Source of the DNA: Squalus acanthias
Taxonomy: Eukaryota
Reading direction: 5' to 3'
Assembly (NCBI GenBank): GCA_030390025.1
Contig: CM059433.1
Span: 2,976,001-3,040,000 of the forward strand
DNA: 64,000 nucleotides
Both the position numbers and the translations under genes were made by a program. Of this stretch, positions 50,428 through 61,729 are shown one piece after another. Positions within the stretch are counted from its first letter, which is position 1; every line of letters starts with the position of its first letter. The notes below the pieces were generated by a model that searched no databases, had not been told where the DNA came from, and worked only from the letters and a program-made list of their open reading frames with translations.

Positions 50428-51243
50428 GGGCGGAATCTTACCTTCCAGGCCCAGTTCGAGGCGGGACTGCTGGTTTTCGGGTTCCAGTCCTGCCCCCAGC
50501 GACGTCTGACAAGCTTGCCGGCCAATTAAGGGAAAGCCAGTGTCAGATGACGTCAGTTGATGACGCTTCATCTGCCGGTTTTCTTAAAGGCATATACACC
50601 ACACTTGTTTGACAGATGATTTGACAGTGTTTGACAGCATTGAGGTGCTGTCAAACACAGACAATCACTTTCCAAAGGTGAGCCCTTGTACCCAGGCTCT
50701 CCAATTACTCTCTCCTTAGGATAAAACAGATGGCAGCTGCAGCTGAGATTGCAGAAGCCATCTGTCACTTCTCCCGATGAGATGAGCCTACACAAACATT
50801 TCACAGCTTGTCACCTGCAGAAACATCTAAACACATAAAATATATTTTAATAACATTTCCTTACCTCTGATACTCACCAGTGTCCCATTGAATCCTTTAA
50901 ACCACTTCTGCAGCTGTCATATAATCACAAAACTTACAGTAGACCCACATCACACCTCACGTACGCAGCCAAGGTTCCCCGACGTTGGGAAGCCCACAGC
51001 AGCAGTCGAAAAATGGGAAAAAGCCTCTTAACTCCCTGTTAACTACCTGTTAACAGGCAGTTAAGTGGCTGTAATCCTCTTCCCGCCTCTAGGAGTCGGA
51101 ACCCTGCGCAAATCGGGGATCCGACTCCTGGGAAGATTGGTTGGAGGCGGGTTGGGAGTGCGTTTGGGACCCGCTCCCATTTTTGGGGATTTTCCCAGCA
51201 GTCCCACCTCCTTACACGCCTCCTCAGGGCTGGTAAAATTAGC
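50428..51243. mobile_element. Harbinger-type MITE (family of 21442-22271)
   Basis: Shared blocks GCCGGCCAATTAAGGGAAAGCC and TAACTACCTGTTAACAGGCAGTTAA. Confidence 0.8.
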
Positions 51244-52871
51244 TGTGGTTGTGGTTATAATGGGATATTGTAATCTTCACATAGGCTGGGAGAAACTGAA
51301 TAGCTAAAGTAGTAAAGGTAATGACTTTCTAGAATGCATTCATGACAGTTTTTAGAACAATGACCCAAAAATTGCGGTCGGCGGTGTAGCTGTGGAGCAC
51401 ACCACTGACCTGCGAAAAGAATACATACTTACCTCGTGCGAGGCCCGGAACGCAGACTTGCTCTTCAGCGCTGCAGAGTTCCGCGCAGCGTCTGACATCA
51501 GGGAGGCCAGGAGCGCAGCGCGCAGCCGATGCGTAAGGGAAGACACGCCCACAAAAGCTGTCAAAACTGAGCCATGCCCACAGAAACTTCTTTCAGTCTC
51601 TTCCATTGAAATTACATTTTAAAAACTTTAAAAATTTCTAAAAATTTCTAAAAACTTTTTAAAAGTTTTAATGAAACTGGAACTTGGACTTATTTCATAT
51701 CAGCATTTTGTTTTATTTTTTCATCCAAACTCACAATTTATTCATCCCTATACATACAACTTCCTGTTCGATACTCAGTAAAGGTCTTACAATGTTTTAT
51801 ATCTCCTACAAGTAATGTTGTTGAACTTCAGAAAGAGATCCCCAGCCATATATTCAAAGTTAATTTTCAGGATTAAAATATATTATTCAGAGCTCATTTA
51901 GACTGGTAATAGATAAATCTATTTTCCTTGTTATAGATGCATCATAATTTAGAAACATAGAAATATAGAAAAATAGGAGCAGGAGTAGGCCATTCGGCCC
52001 TTCGAGCCTGCTCCGCCATTCAACATGATCATGGCTGATCCTCTATCTCAATACCATATTCCCGCTCTCTCCCCATACCCCTTGATGCCTTTTGTGTCTA
52101 GAAATTTAACTATCTCCTTCTTAAATATATTCAGTGACTTGGCCTCCACAGTTTTCTGTGGCAGTGAAGAGGTTTTTCCTCATCTCAGTCCTAAATATCC
52201 CATCCCTTATCCTGAGACTGTGACCCTGTGTTCTAGACCCCCCAGCCAGGGGAAACATCCTCCCTGCATCCAGTCTGTCGAGCCTTGTCAGAATTTTATA
52301 CGTTTCAATGAGATCCCCTCTCATTCTTCTAAACTCTAGTGTATACAGGCCTAGTCGACCCAATCTCTCCTCATACGACAGTCCTGCCATCCCAGGAATC
52401 AGTCTGGTGAACCTTCGCTGCACTCCCTCTATGGCAAGTATATCCTTTCTTAGGTAAGGAGACCAAAACTGCACACAGTATGCCAGGTGTGGTCTCACCA
52501 AGGCCCTGTATAACTGTAGTAAGACATCCTTGCTCCTGTACTCAAATCCTCTTGCAATGAAGGCCAACATACCATTTGCCTTCCTAACTGCTTGCTGCAC
52601 CTGCATGTTTGCTTTCAGTGACTTGTGTACAAGGACACCCAAGTCCCTCTGTACATCAACATTTCCCAATCTATCACCATTTAAATAATACTCTGCCTTT
52701 CTGTTTTTCCTACCGAAGTGGATAACTTCACATTTATCCATGTTATACTGCATCTGCCATGTATTTGCCCACTCACTCAACTTGACTAAATCGCCTTGAA
52801 GCCTCTATGCATCCTCCTCACAACTCACATACCACCTAGTTTCATGTCGTCAGCAAACTTGGAAATATTAC

Positions 52872-53029
52872 GATAGCAAAATACTGTGGATGCTGGAAAT
52901 CCGAAATAACAACAGAAAACGCTGGAAAAAGTTCCGACGAAGGGTTTCGACCTGAAACGTTAACTCTCTTTCTCTCTCCACGGATGTTGCCTGGCCTGCT
53001 GAGTTTTTCCAGCGTTTTCTGTTGTTATT
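52872..53029. mobile_element. Inverted hammerhead mini-element inserted in a CR1 RT
   Basis: 13-bp TSD TTGGAAATATTAC. 27-bp inverted repeat. Core CCGACGA..GAAACGTT. Confidence 0.9.
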
Positions 53030-54707
53030 TTGGAAATATTACATTTGGTTCCCTCATCCAAATCATTGATATATATTGTGAATAGCTGGGGCTCAAGCAC
53101 TGATCCCTGCGGTACCCCACTAGTCACTGCCTGCCACCCCGATAAAGACCCATTTATTCCTACTCTCTGTTTCCTGTCTGTTAACCAATTTTCAATCCAT
53201 GCCAGTATATTACCCCCAATCCCATGTGCTTTAATTTTGCACACTACCCTCTTATGTGAGACTTTATCAAAGGCCTTCTGAAAATCCAAATACACCACAT
53301 CCACTGGTTCTCCCTTATCTATTCTACAAGTTACATCCTCAAAAAACTCCAGTAGGTTTGTCAAACACGATTTCCCTTTCATAAATCCATGTTGACTTTG
53401 TCTAATCCCGTTGATATTTTCTAAGTGTCCTGTTATCACATCCTTTATAATAGACTCTAGCATTTTACCTGCTACTGATGTTAGGCTAACCGGTCTGTAG
53501 TTCCCTGTTTTCTCTCTCCCTCCTTTTTTAAATAGTGGGGTTACATTTGCCACCATCCAATCTGCAGGAAATGTTCCATAATCTATAGAATTTTGGAAGA
53601 TGACAACCAATGCATCCACTATTTCCATGGCTACCTCTTTTAGTACTCTGGGATGCAGATTATCAGGCCCTGGGGATTTATCGGCTTTCAGTCCCATTAA
53701 TTTCTCCAGCACTATTTTTTTACTAATACTAATTTCCTTTAATTCCTCCCTCTCACTATACCCTTGGTTCCCTAGCATTTCTGGGAAGTTATTTGTGTCC
53801 TCTTCCGTGAAGACAGAACCAAAGTATTTGTTTAATTGCTCTGCCATTTCCTTGTTCCCCATTATAAATTCTCCCATTTCTGACTGTAAGGGACCTACAT
53901 TTGTCTTCACTAATTTTTTTCTTTTTACATAGTTGTATAAGCTTTTACAGTCCGCTTTTATGTTCCTTGCAAGTTTACTCTCATACTTTATTTTTCCCCT
54001 CCCAATCAATCTCTTGGTCCTTTTTTGCTGAACTCTAAACTGCTCCCAATCGTCAGGTTTGCTACTTTTTCTGATAACTTTATACGGCTCCTCTTTGGAT
54101 CTAATACTATTTTGAATTTCTTTTGTTCGCCGTGGTTGGGCCACTTTTCCTTTTGTGTTTTTGCGCCAGAAAGGAATGTATAATTGTTGCAATTCATGCA
54201 TTCGTTCCTTAAATGTTAGCCATTGCCTATCCACTCTCATGCCTTTTAATGAAGCTCCTCAATCTATCATAGCCAACTCCCTCCTCATACCTTCGTAGTT
54301 TCCTTTGTTTAGATTTAGGACCCTAGTTTCAGATTGGACTTCTTCACTTTCCATCTTAATGAAGAATTCTATCATGTTATGGTCACTCTTCCCTAAAGGA
54401 CCCCGCACAACAAGATTATTAAATAACCCCTTCTCATCGCACAATACCCAATCTAGGATGGCCTGTTCCCTAGTTGGCTCCTCAACGTACTGGTCTAAAA
54501 AACCATCTCGTACACACTCCAGGAATTCATCCTCCACAGTATTATTGCTAATTTGGTTTGGCTAGTCTATATGTAGATTAAAGTCACCCACGATTACTGT
54601 AGTACCCTTGTTACATGCATCTCTAATTTCCTGTTTGATGCCATCCCCTACATTACCACTACTGTTTGGAGGCCTATAGACAACTCCCATCAATGTTTTC
54701 TGCCCCA

Positions 54708-55410
54708 TAGAAACATAGAAACATAGAAGATAGGAGCAGGAGTAGGCCATTCGGCCCCTCGAGCCTGTTCTGCCATTTAATGAGATCATGGCTGATCATC
54801 CAAATTCAGTATCCTGTCCCTGCTTTCTCCCCATATCCCTTGATCCCTTTAGCCTTAAGAAATATATCTAACTCCTTCTTGAATATATTTAATGATTTGG
54901 CCTCAACTGCCTTCTGTGGTAGAGAATTCCATAGGTTCACCACTCTCTGGGTGAAGAAATTCCTTCTCATCTCAGTCCTAAATGGCTTACCCCTTATCCT
55001 TAGACTGTGACCCCTGGTTCTGGACTCACCCGCCATTGGGAACATCCTTCCTGCATCTAGTCTGTCTAGTCCTGCTAGAATTTTATAAGTTTCAATGAGA
55101 TCCCCTCTCATTCTTCTAAACTCTAGCGAATATAAGCCCAATCGACCCAATCTCTCTTCATACGTCATTCCTGCCATCCCACAAGGACACCCAGGTCTCG
55201 TTGCACTTCCCCTTTTCCCAATCTATTGCCATTCAGATAATAATCTGTCTTCCTGTTTTTGCCACCAAAGTGGATAACCTCGCATTTATCCACATTATAC
55301 TGCATCTGCCATGCATCTGCCCAATCACCCAACCTTTCCAAATCATACTGGAGTTTCTCTGCATCCTCCTCACAGCACACACGCACACCCAGCTTTGTGT
55401 CGTCTGCACA
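54708..55410 (-). mobile_element. CR1 3' fragment nested in a CR1 endonuclease region, with ~235-nt internal deletion
   Basis: Has its own (TAGAAACA)n tail at 54708. ORFs 54806-55177 and 55165-55386. Confidence 0.9.
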
Positions 55411-57189
55411 ATGGTGCTTCTTTGCTCCACCCAGACTGATTCTACATCTTGATTTTCTGAGCCAATATCCTTTCTCGCAATTGCTCTGATTTCATCCTTT
55501 ACTATCAACGCCACCCCACCTCCTTTTCCTTTTAGCCTGTCCTTCCAAAACATCGAATATCCTTGGATATTCAGCTCCCAGCCTTGGTCACTCTGCAGCC
55601 ATGTCTCCGTAATCGCAATTATATCGTATCCGTTTACATCTATTTGCGCTGTTAATTTGTCTACCTTATTACGAATGCTTCGTGCATTCAGATACAGTGC
55701 CTTTTTAAAATTTTTAGACATCTTAACATTTTTTTGTACTATGGCTCTATTTGTCTTAGTACCATTTTTTCTTACCCGGATCCTATTTGTAAGTGCACTC
55801 CTTTGTTTGTACGTTCTTCCTGACACAATCTGGTTATCCTTACCCCAATCCCTTTCCTGCACTGCTTCCTTGTCTTTTGTCTTTAGCATTCTAGGTTTCT
55901 CTCCACCGGGACCCTCCCCCCCCTTATTTAGTTTAAGGCCCTATCTACCTCCCTAGTTATTTGATTCGCTAGAACTCTGGTCCCAGCATGGTTCAGGTGC
56001 AGTCCGTCCCAACGGAACAGCTCTCTCTTTCCCCAGTACTGGTGCCAGTGCCCAACAAATCGAAACCCACTTCTCCCACACCAGTCTTTGAGCCACGCAT
56101 TCATCTCCCTGATCCTATTGACCCTATGCCAATTTGTCCGTGGCTCCGGTAATAATCCAGCGATTATGACCTTTGTGGTTCTGCTTTATAATTTAGTCCC
56201 TAGCTGCTCAAACTCTCTCAGCAGAACCTCTTTCTTTGTCCTACCTATGTCATTGGTACCTACGTGGACCACAACAACTAGATCCTCCCCCTCCCACTCC
56301 AAGTTCTTCTCCAGCCCGGAGGAGATGTCTTTTACCCTGGCACCGGGTAGGCAACATAGCCTTCGGGACTCACGCTCCTGGCTGCAGAGAACAGTGTCTA
56401 TCCCCCTAACTATACTGTCGCCTACTACAACCACCTTCCTTTTTACTCCCCCCAGTTGAACGGTTTCCTGTATCACGGTGCCGTGGTCAGTTTGCTCGTC
56501 CTCCCTGCCATCCCCGCACTTGTCCACAAGGGTTGCAAGAACCTCGAATCTATTGGACAAATGCAGGGACTGCGGCTCCTGCAGTACTACCTCCTGGATC
56601 CCCGTACCTGCCTCACTCGCAGTCATACCCTCCTGTCCCTGACCACGTGTCAATTCTAAAGTATTTAATCTAAGGGGTGTGGCTGCCTCCTGGAGCAAAA
56701 GGTCCAGGTAACTTTCTCCCTCCCTGATGTCTCACAATGTCTGCAGCTCGGACTCCAGCTTCTCAACTCGGAGCCAAAGTTCCTCGAGCCGCAGACACTT
56801 ACCGCAGATGTAGTCACCCTGGACAAAAATGTCCACAAGCTCCCACATATTGCAGCAGCAACACATCTCCTGTTCTCCCATTATTTTATTTATTTAATTA
56901 ATGAGTTTGGAGTTAATCAAATTATTTTACCGTTTAGTTTATTAAATTAATTAAATTAAGTTTAGTTTTTAAAATTTAGTTATATGTTATATGTTAACTT
57001 AAAACTTAGCCCACAGCCACTACCAATCACTTACCTGCCTTACCTGTGATGTCACACTGCTGTTTCCTCTTGTAGTTGCAGGTCTGTTGCTGCTTTTATC
57101 CCTGTTCTCGGGCCTCGGTCTCTCCCGCTCTGCGGGAGAAGATAGGAAAAGCAAGCACCTCCTTCCCCCATTTCACCGAACTCCCACGT

Positions 57190-57700
57190 AGTTCAGAGCT
57201 ACAAAAACAGTGGGAGCCCAGGAGAGAGCGAGAGTTCAGAGCTACAAAAACAGTGGGAGCCCAGGAGAGAGCGAGAGTTCAGAGCTACAAAAACAGTGGG
57301 AGCCCAGGAGCGAGCGAGAGTTCAGAGCTACAAAAACAGCGAGGGCCCAGGGGAGAGCGAGAGTTCAGAGCTACAAAAACAGCGGGAGCCCAGGAGAGAG
57401 CGAGAGTTCGGAGATACTAAAACAGCGGGAGCCCAGGAGAGAGCGAGAGTTCGGAGATACTAAAACAGCGAGGGCCCAGGAGAGAGCGAGAGTTCGGAGC
57501 TACTAAAACAGCGGGAGCCCAGGGGAGAGCGAGAGTTCGGAGATACTAAAACAGCGGGGGCCCAGGGGAGAGCGAGAGTTCGGAGATACTAAAACAGCGG
57601 GGGCCCAGGAGAGAGCGAGAGTTCGGAGATACTAAAACAGCGGGGGCCCAGGGGAAAGCGAGAGTTCGGAGATACTAAAACAGCGGGGGCCCAGGGGAGC
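57190..57700 (+). repeat. 43-bp tandem array (~12 units) forming a CR1 5' end
   Basis: Unit GAGTTCAGAGCTACAAAAACAGTGGGAGCCCAGGAGAGAGCGA, with a polarised sequence gradient. Confidence 0.93.
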
Positions 57701-60700
57701 GGCTAAAACGGACCGGTGAGTGTAAAGAAGTAAAAAGTAATCGAATTGTGACATCACCAGAAAGCAGGTAAGTGATTGGTTGGTGAGTATTTCTATATTT
57801 CTCGCTTTTTTTCCAAACTTGGGCATCTAAGTTTAAGTGCCTTGGTGTAGATTAAAAGATATACGTGTTCCAAATTTTAAAACTAATTAATTAATTAATT
57901 GAGATGGGAGACCAGGCAATGTGTTGTTGTTGTTGCATGTAGGAGCTGGTGGACACCATTGAGGTCCAAGGCGACCACATCTGCAGCAAATGTTGGCTGC
58001 TCGAGGAAGTTCAGCTCAGAGTTGATGAGCTGGAGTCCGAGATTCAGACACTGTGACACATTAGGGAGGGGGAGCATTACCTGGACACTAAGTTCCAGGA
58101 GGCAGTCACACCCACTAGAGTAATGACTTCCAATTTGGCCCATGGTCAGGGACAGGAGGGTGTGACTACAAGCGAGGCAGGTATTGGGATCCAGGAGGTA
58201 GTGATGGAGGAGCCTCAGCCCTTGGCCTTGTCCAACAGGTACGAGATTCTTGCTCCCTGTGTGGACGAGGGCAGGGACTGCAGGGAGGATGAGCAATCTG
58301 ACCACAGCACCGTGGTACAGGGAGCCATTCAAGTGGGGGGAGTAAAAAGAAATGTTGTAGTGATAGGGGATAGTATAGTTAGAGGGATAGATAGTGTTCT
58401 CTGCAGCCGAGAGCGTGAGTCCCGAAGGCTGTGTTGCCCTGTGGTGCCAGGGTTAAGGACATCTCCTCTGGGCTGGAGAGAAACCTGGAGTGGGAGGGGG
58501 AGGATCCAGTTGTCATGATCCACGTAGGCACCAATGACATAGGTAGGATAAAGAAAGAGGTTCTGCTGAGAGAGTATGAGCAGCTAGGGGCTAAATTAAA
58601 AAGCAGAACCACAAAAGTAATAATCTCTGGATTACTATCTGAGCCACGAGCGAATTTGCATATGGTAAATAAGATCAGAGAAATAAACGAGTGGCTCAAA
58701 GACTGGTGTGGGAGAAATGGGTTTCGATTTGTGGGGCACTGGCACCAGTACTGGGATAAGAGAGAGCTGTTCCGTTTGGACGGGCTTCACTTGAACCATG
58801 CTGGGGCTAGAGTCCTGGCGAATCGAATAACTAGGGCTGTAGAGAGGGCTTCAAACTAAATAGTTGGGGGGAGGGTCCAGGTGAGCGGGAATTTAAAAAG
58901 TCAATGAGAAATCAGAAAGCAATAGAGCAGGATAGAGATGGGGGAAATAAGAACCAGAGTGTGACAGGAAGGGACAGAATGTTTAAGAATAAGAGTGCAA
59001 CAGAAAATGGGGCCAAAACAAGGAGGAATGGTAAAAAGACAAAGTTAAAAGCTTTATATCTGAATGCACGCAGCATTCATAACAAGATAGATGAGTTGAC
59101 GGCACAAATAGATCCAATGGGTATGATCTCATCGCAATTACAGAGACGTGGTTGCAAGGTGACCAGGGCTGGGAACTGAATATTCCAGGGTATTTGACAA
59201 TTCAGAAGGATAGACAGAAAGGAAAGGGAGGTGGGGTGGCTTTGTTGGTAAAGGGTGGAATCAGTGCAGTGGTGAGAAGTGATATTGGCTCAGAAGATCA
59301 AGATGTAGAATCAGTTTGGGTGGAGATAAAAAATAATAAAGGGAAAAAGTCTCGGGTGGGCGTAGTCTACAGGCACCCGAACAGTAGCAATACTGTTGGA
59401 CAGAGTATAAATCAACAAATAATGGAGGCCTGTAAAAAAGCTATGGTAATAATCATGGGTGATTTTAATCTCCATATTGATTGGACAAATCAAATTGGCC
59501 AAGGTAGCCTTGAGGAGGAGTTCATAGAGTGCATCCGGGATGGTTTCCTAGAACAGTATATAATGGAACCAACCAGGGAGCAGGCTATCTTAAATCTGGT
59601 ACTGTGTAATGAGAAAGAATTAATAAATGATCGCATAGTAAAGGATCATCTAGGAAAGAGTGATCATAGCATGGTTGAATTTCAAATTCAGTTGGAGGGT
59701 GAGAAAGTTGTATCTCAAACCAGTGTCCTGATCTTAAACAAAGGCAATTACAGTGGCATGAGGGCAGAACTGGCTAAAGTGGACTGGAAAAATAAATTAA
59801 AGGGTAAGACAGTTGAAATGCAGTGGCAGACATTTAAGGAGATATTTCATAAGTCTCAACAAAAATATATTCCAGCGAGAAAGAAAGATTTTAAGAGAAG
59901 GGAGCACCATCCGTGGCTAACTAAGGAAGTAAAGGATGGTATCAAATTGAAAACGAAGGCATACAATGTTGCCAAGATTGGTGGGAGACCAGAGGATTGG
60001 GAAATTTTTAAAAACCAGCAAAGGATGACTAAAAAAATAATAAAGTGAGAGAAGATGAATTATGAGAGTAAACTGGCAAGAAACATTAAAACAGATAGTA
60101 AGAGCTTCTACAGGTATATAAAAAGGAAGAGGGTAGCTAAAGTAAACATTGGTCCCTTAGAGGTTGAGACTGGGGAATTAATAATGGGGAACGGGGAAAT
60201 GGCAGAGACTCTGAACAAATATTTTGTTTCTGTCTTCACGGTAGAAGACACTAACAACATCCCAATAATGGATAATCAAGGGGCCACAGGGAGGGGGTAA
60301 CTAAAGACAATCACTATCACTAAGGAAATAGTACTTTGTAAAATAATGGGACTAAAAGATGACAAGTCCCCTGGACCAGATGGCCTGCATCCCAGGGTCT
60401 TAAAAGAAGTGGCTGCATTGGTTGCAATATATCAAAATTCCCTGGACTCTGGAGAGGTCCCAGCGGATTGGAAAACCGCAAATGTAACATCCCTATTTAA
60501 GAAAGGAGGGAGACAGAAAGCAGGAAACTATAGACCAGTTAGCCTAACATCTGTCGTTGGGAAAATGCTGGAGTCCTTCATTAAGGAAGCAGTAGCAGGG
60601 CATTTGGAAAATCATAATACAGTCAAGCAGAGTCAGCATGGTTTTATGAAAGGGAAATCATGTTTAACAAACTTGCTGGAGTTCTTTGAGGAGGTAACGA

Positions 60701-61632
60701 GCAGGGTGGACAAAGTTGAACCAGTAGATGTGGTGTATTTGGATTTCCAGAAGGCATTCGATAAGGTGCCACATAAAAGGTTACTGCATAAGATAAGAGC
60801 TAACGGAATTGGGGGTAATATATTAGCATGGATAGAGAATTGGCTAACTAACAGAAAGCAGAGAGTTGGGATAAATGGGTCATTTTCCGGTTGGCAAACG
60901 GTAACTAGTGGGGTGCCACAAGGATCGGTGCTGGGGCTTCAACTATTTACAATCTACATTAATAGCTTGGATGAAGGGACCGAGTGTAATGTCGCCAAGT
61001 TTGCGGATGAAACATGGGTGGGAAAGCAAGTTGTGAAAGGACTCAAAGAACCTGCAAAGGGATATAGACAGGATAAGTGAGTGGGCAAACATTTGGCAGA
61101 TGGAGTATAATGTGGGAAAGTGCGATGTTATACACTTTGGCAGGAAAAATAAAAAAGCAAATTATTTTTTAAATGGAGAGAGATTACAAAATGCTACAGT
61201 TCAGAGGGACCTGGGGGTCCTTGTGCATGAAACACAAAAAGTTAGCATGCAGGTACAGCAAGTAATCAAAAAGGCAAATGGAATGTTGGCCTTTATTTCA
61301 AAGGGGTTGGAGTATAAACGCAGGGAAGTCCTGCTACAACTGTACAGGGTAATGGTGAGACCATGAAGGGATAATTACAAGTCCTAGCCCTTTTGGACTA
61401 CCCCAGATCAGGTGTATTCCCCAGACATTTACCCTCAACTAAAGTTAGCGGTAGCCGGATCCCATAAGACGCTTAATTGGGTCTAAAGGTCAGACTACCT
61501 CTCCCTAAAGTAAAGAAACGGTCTAAAGATGTTACGATAGCAAAATACTGCGGATGCTGGAAATCCGAAATAACAACAGAAAACGCTGGAAAAACTCAGC
61601 AGGCCAGGCAGCATCCGTGGAGAGAGAAACAG

Positions 61633-61669
61633 AGTTAACGTTTCAGGTCGAAGACCTTTCGTCAGAACT
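61633..61669 (-). ncRNA. Minimal hammerhead ribozyme motif (mirror copy)
   Basis: Exact reverse complement of 61693-61729. Confidence 0.78.
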
Positions 61670-61692
61670 GGAAATAGCAGTTTGCTATTTCC

Positions 61693-61729
61693 AGTTCTGA
61701 CGAAAGGTCTTCGACCTGAAACGTTAACT
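61693..61729 (+). ncRNA. Minimal hammerhead ribozyme motif
   Basis: AGTT-CTGACGA-A-AGGTC(TTC)GACCT-GAAA-CG-TT-AACT. Intact core with GUU cleavage triplet and palindromic ACGU stem III. Confidence 0.8.

Larger units (their letters stand above)
51950..57185 (-). mobile_element. Near full-length CR1 LINE (decayed) with two nested insertions
   Basis: 5' UTR, ORF1 at ~56881-55928 (Cys knuckle, GDSIVRG, HVGTNDIG), ORF2 pieces 55889-52121 (YLNARSI, ITETWL, RT) and tail. Confidence 0.96.

Noticed and set aside
50678..50719. GTGAG...CCTTAG mini-intron before an ATG in a MITE
   Set aside because: At 42 nt it is too short for a typical vertebrate intron, and the donor is ATGAG in the copy near 21700.
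55170..55195. Spliced-out intron in the nested CR1
   Set aside because: The ~235-nt deletion lacks an AG acceptor; an ordinary deletion or template jump is more likely.
57190..57700. CRISPR-like regular array
   Set aside because: Units are contiguous with no unique spacers, there are no cas genes, and the array is a LINE 5' UTR in a eukaryotic context.
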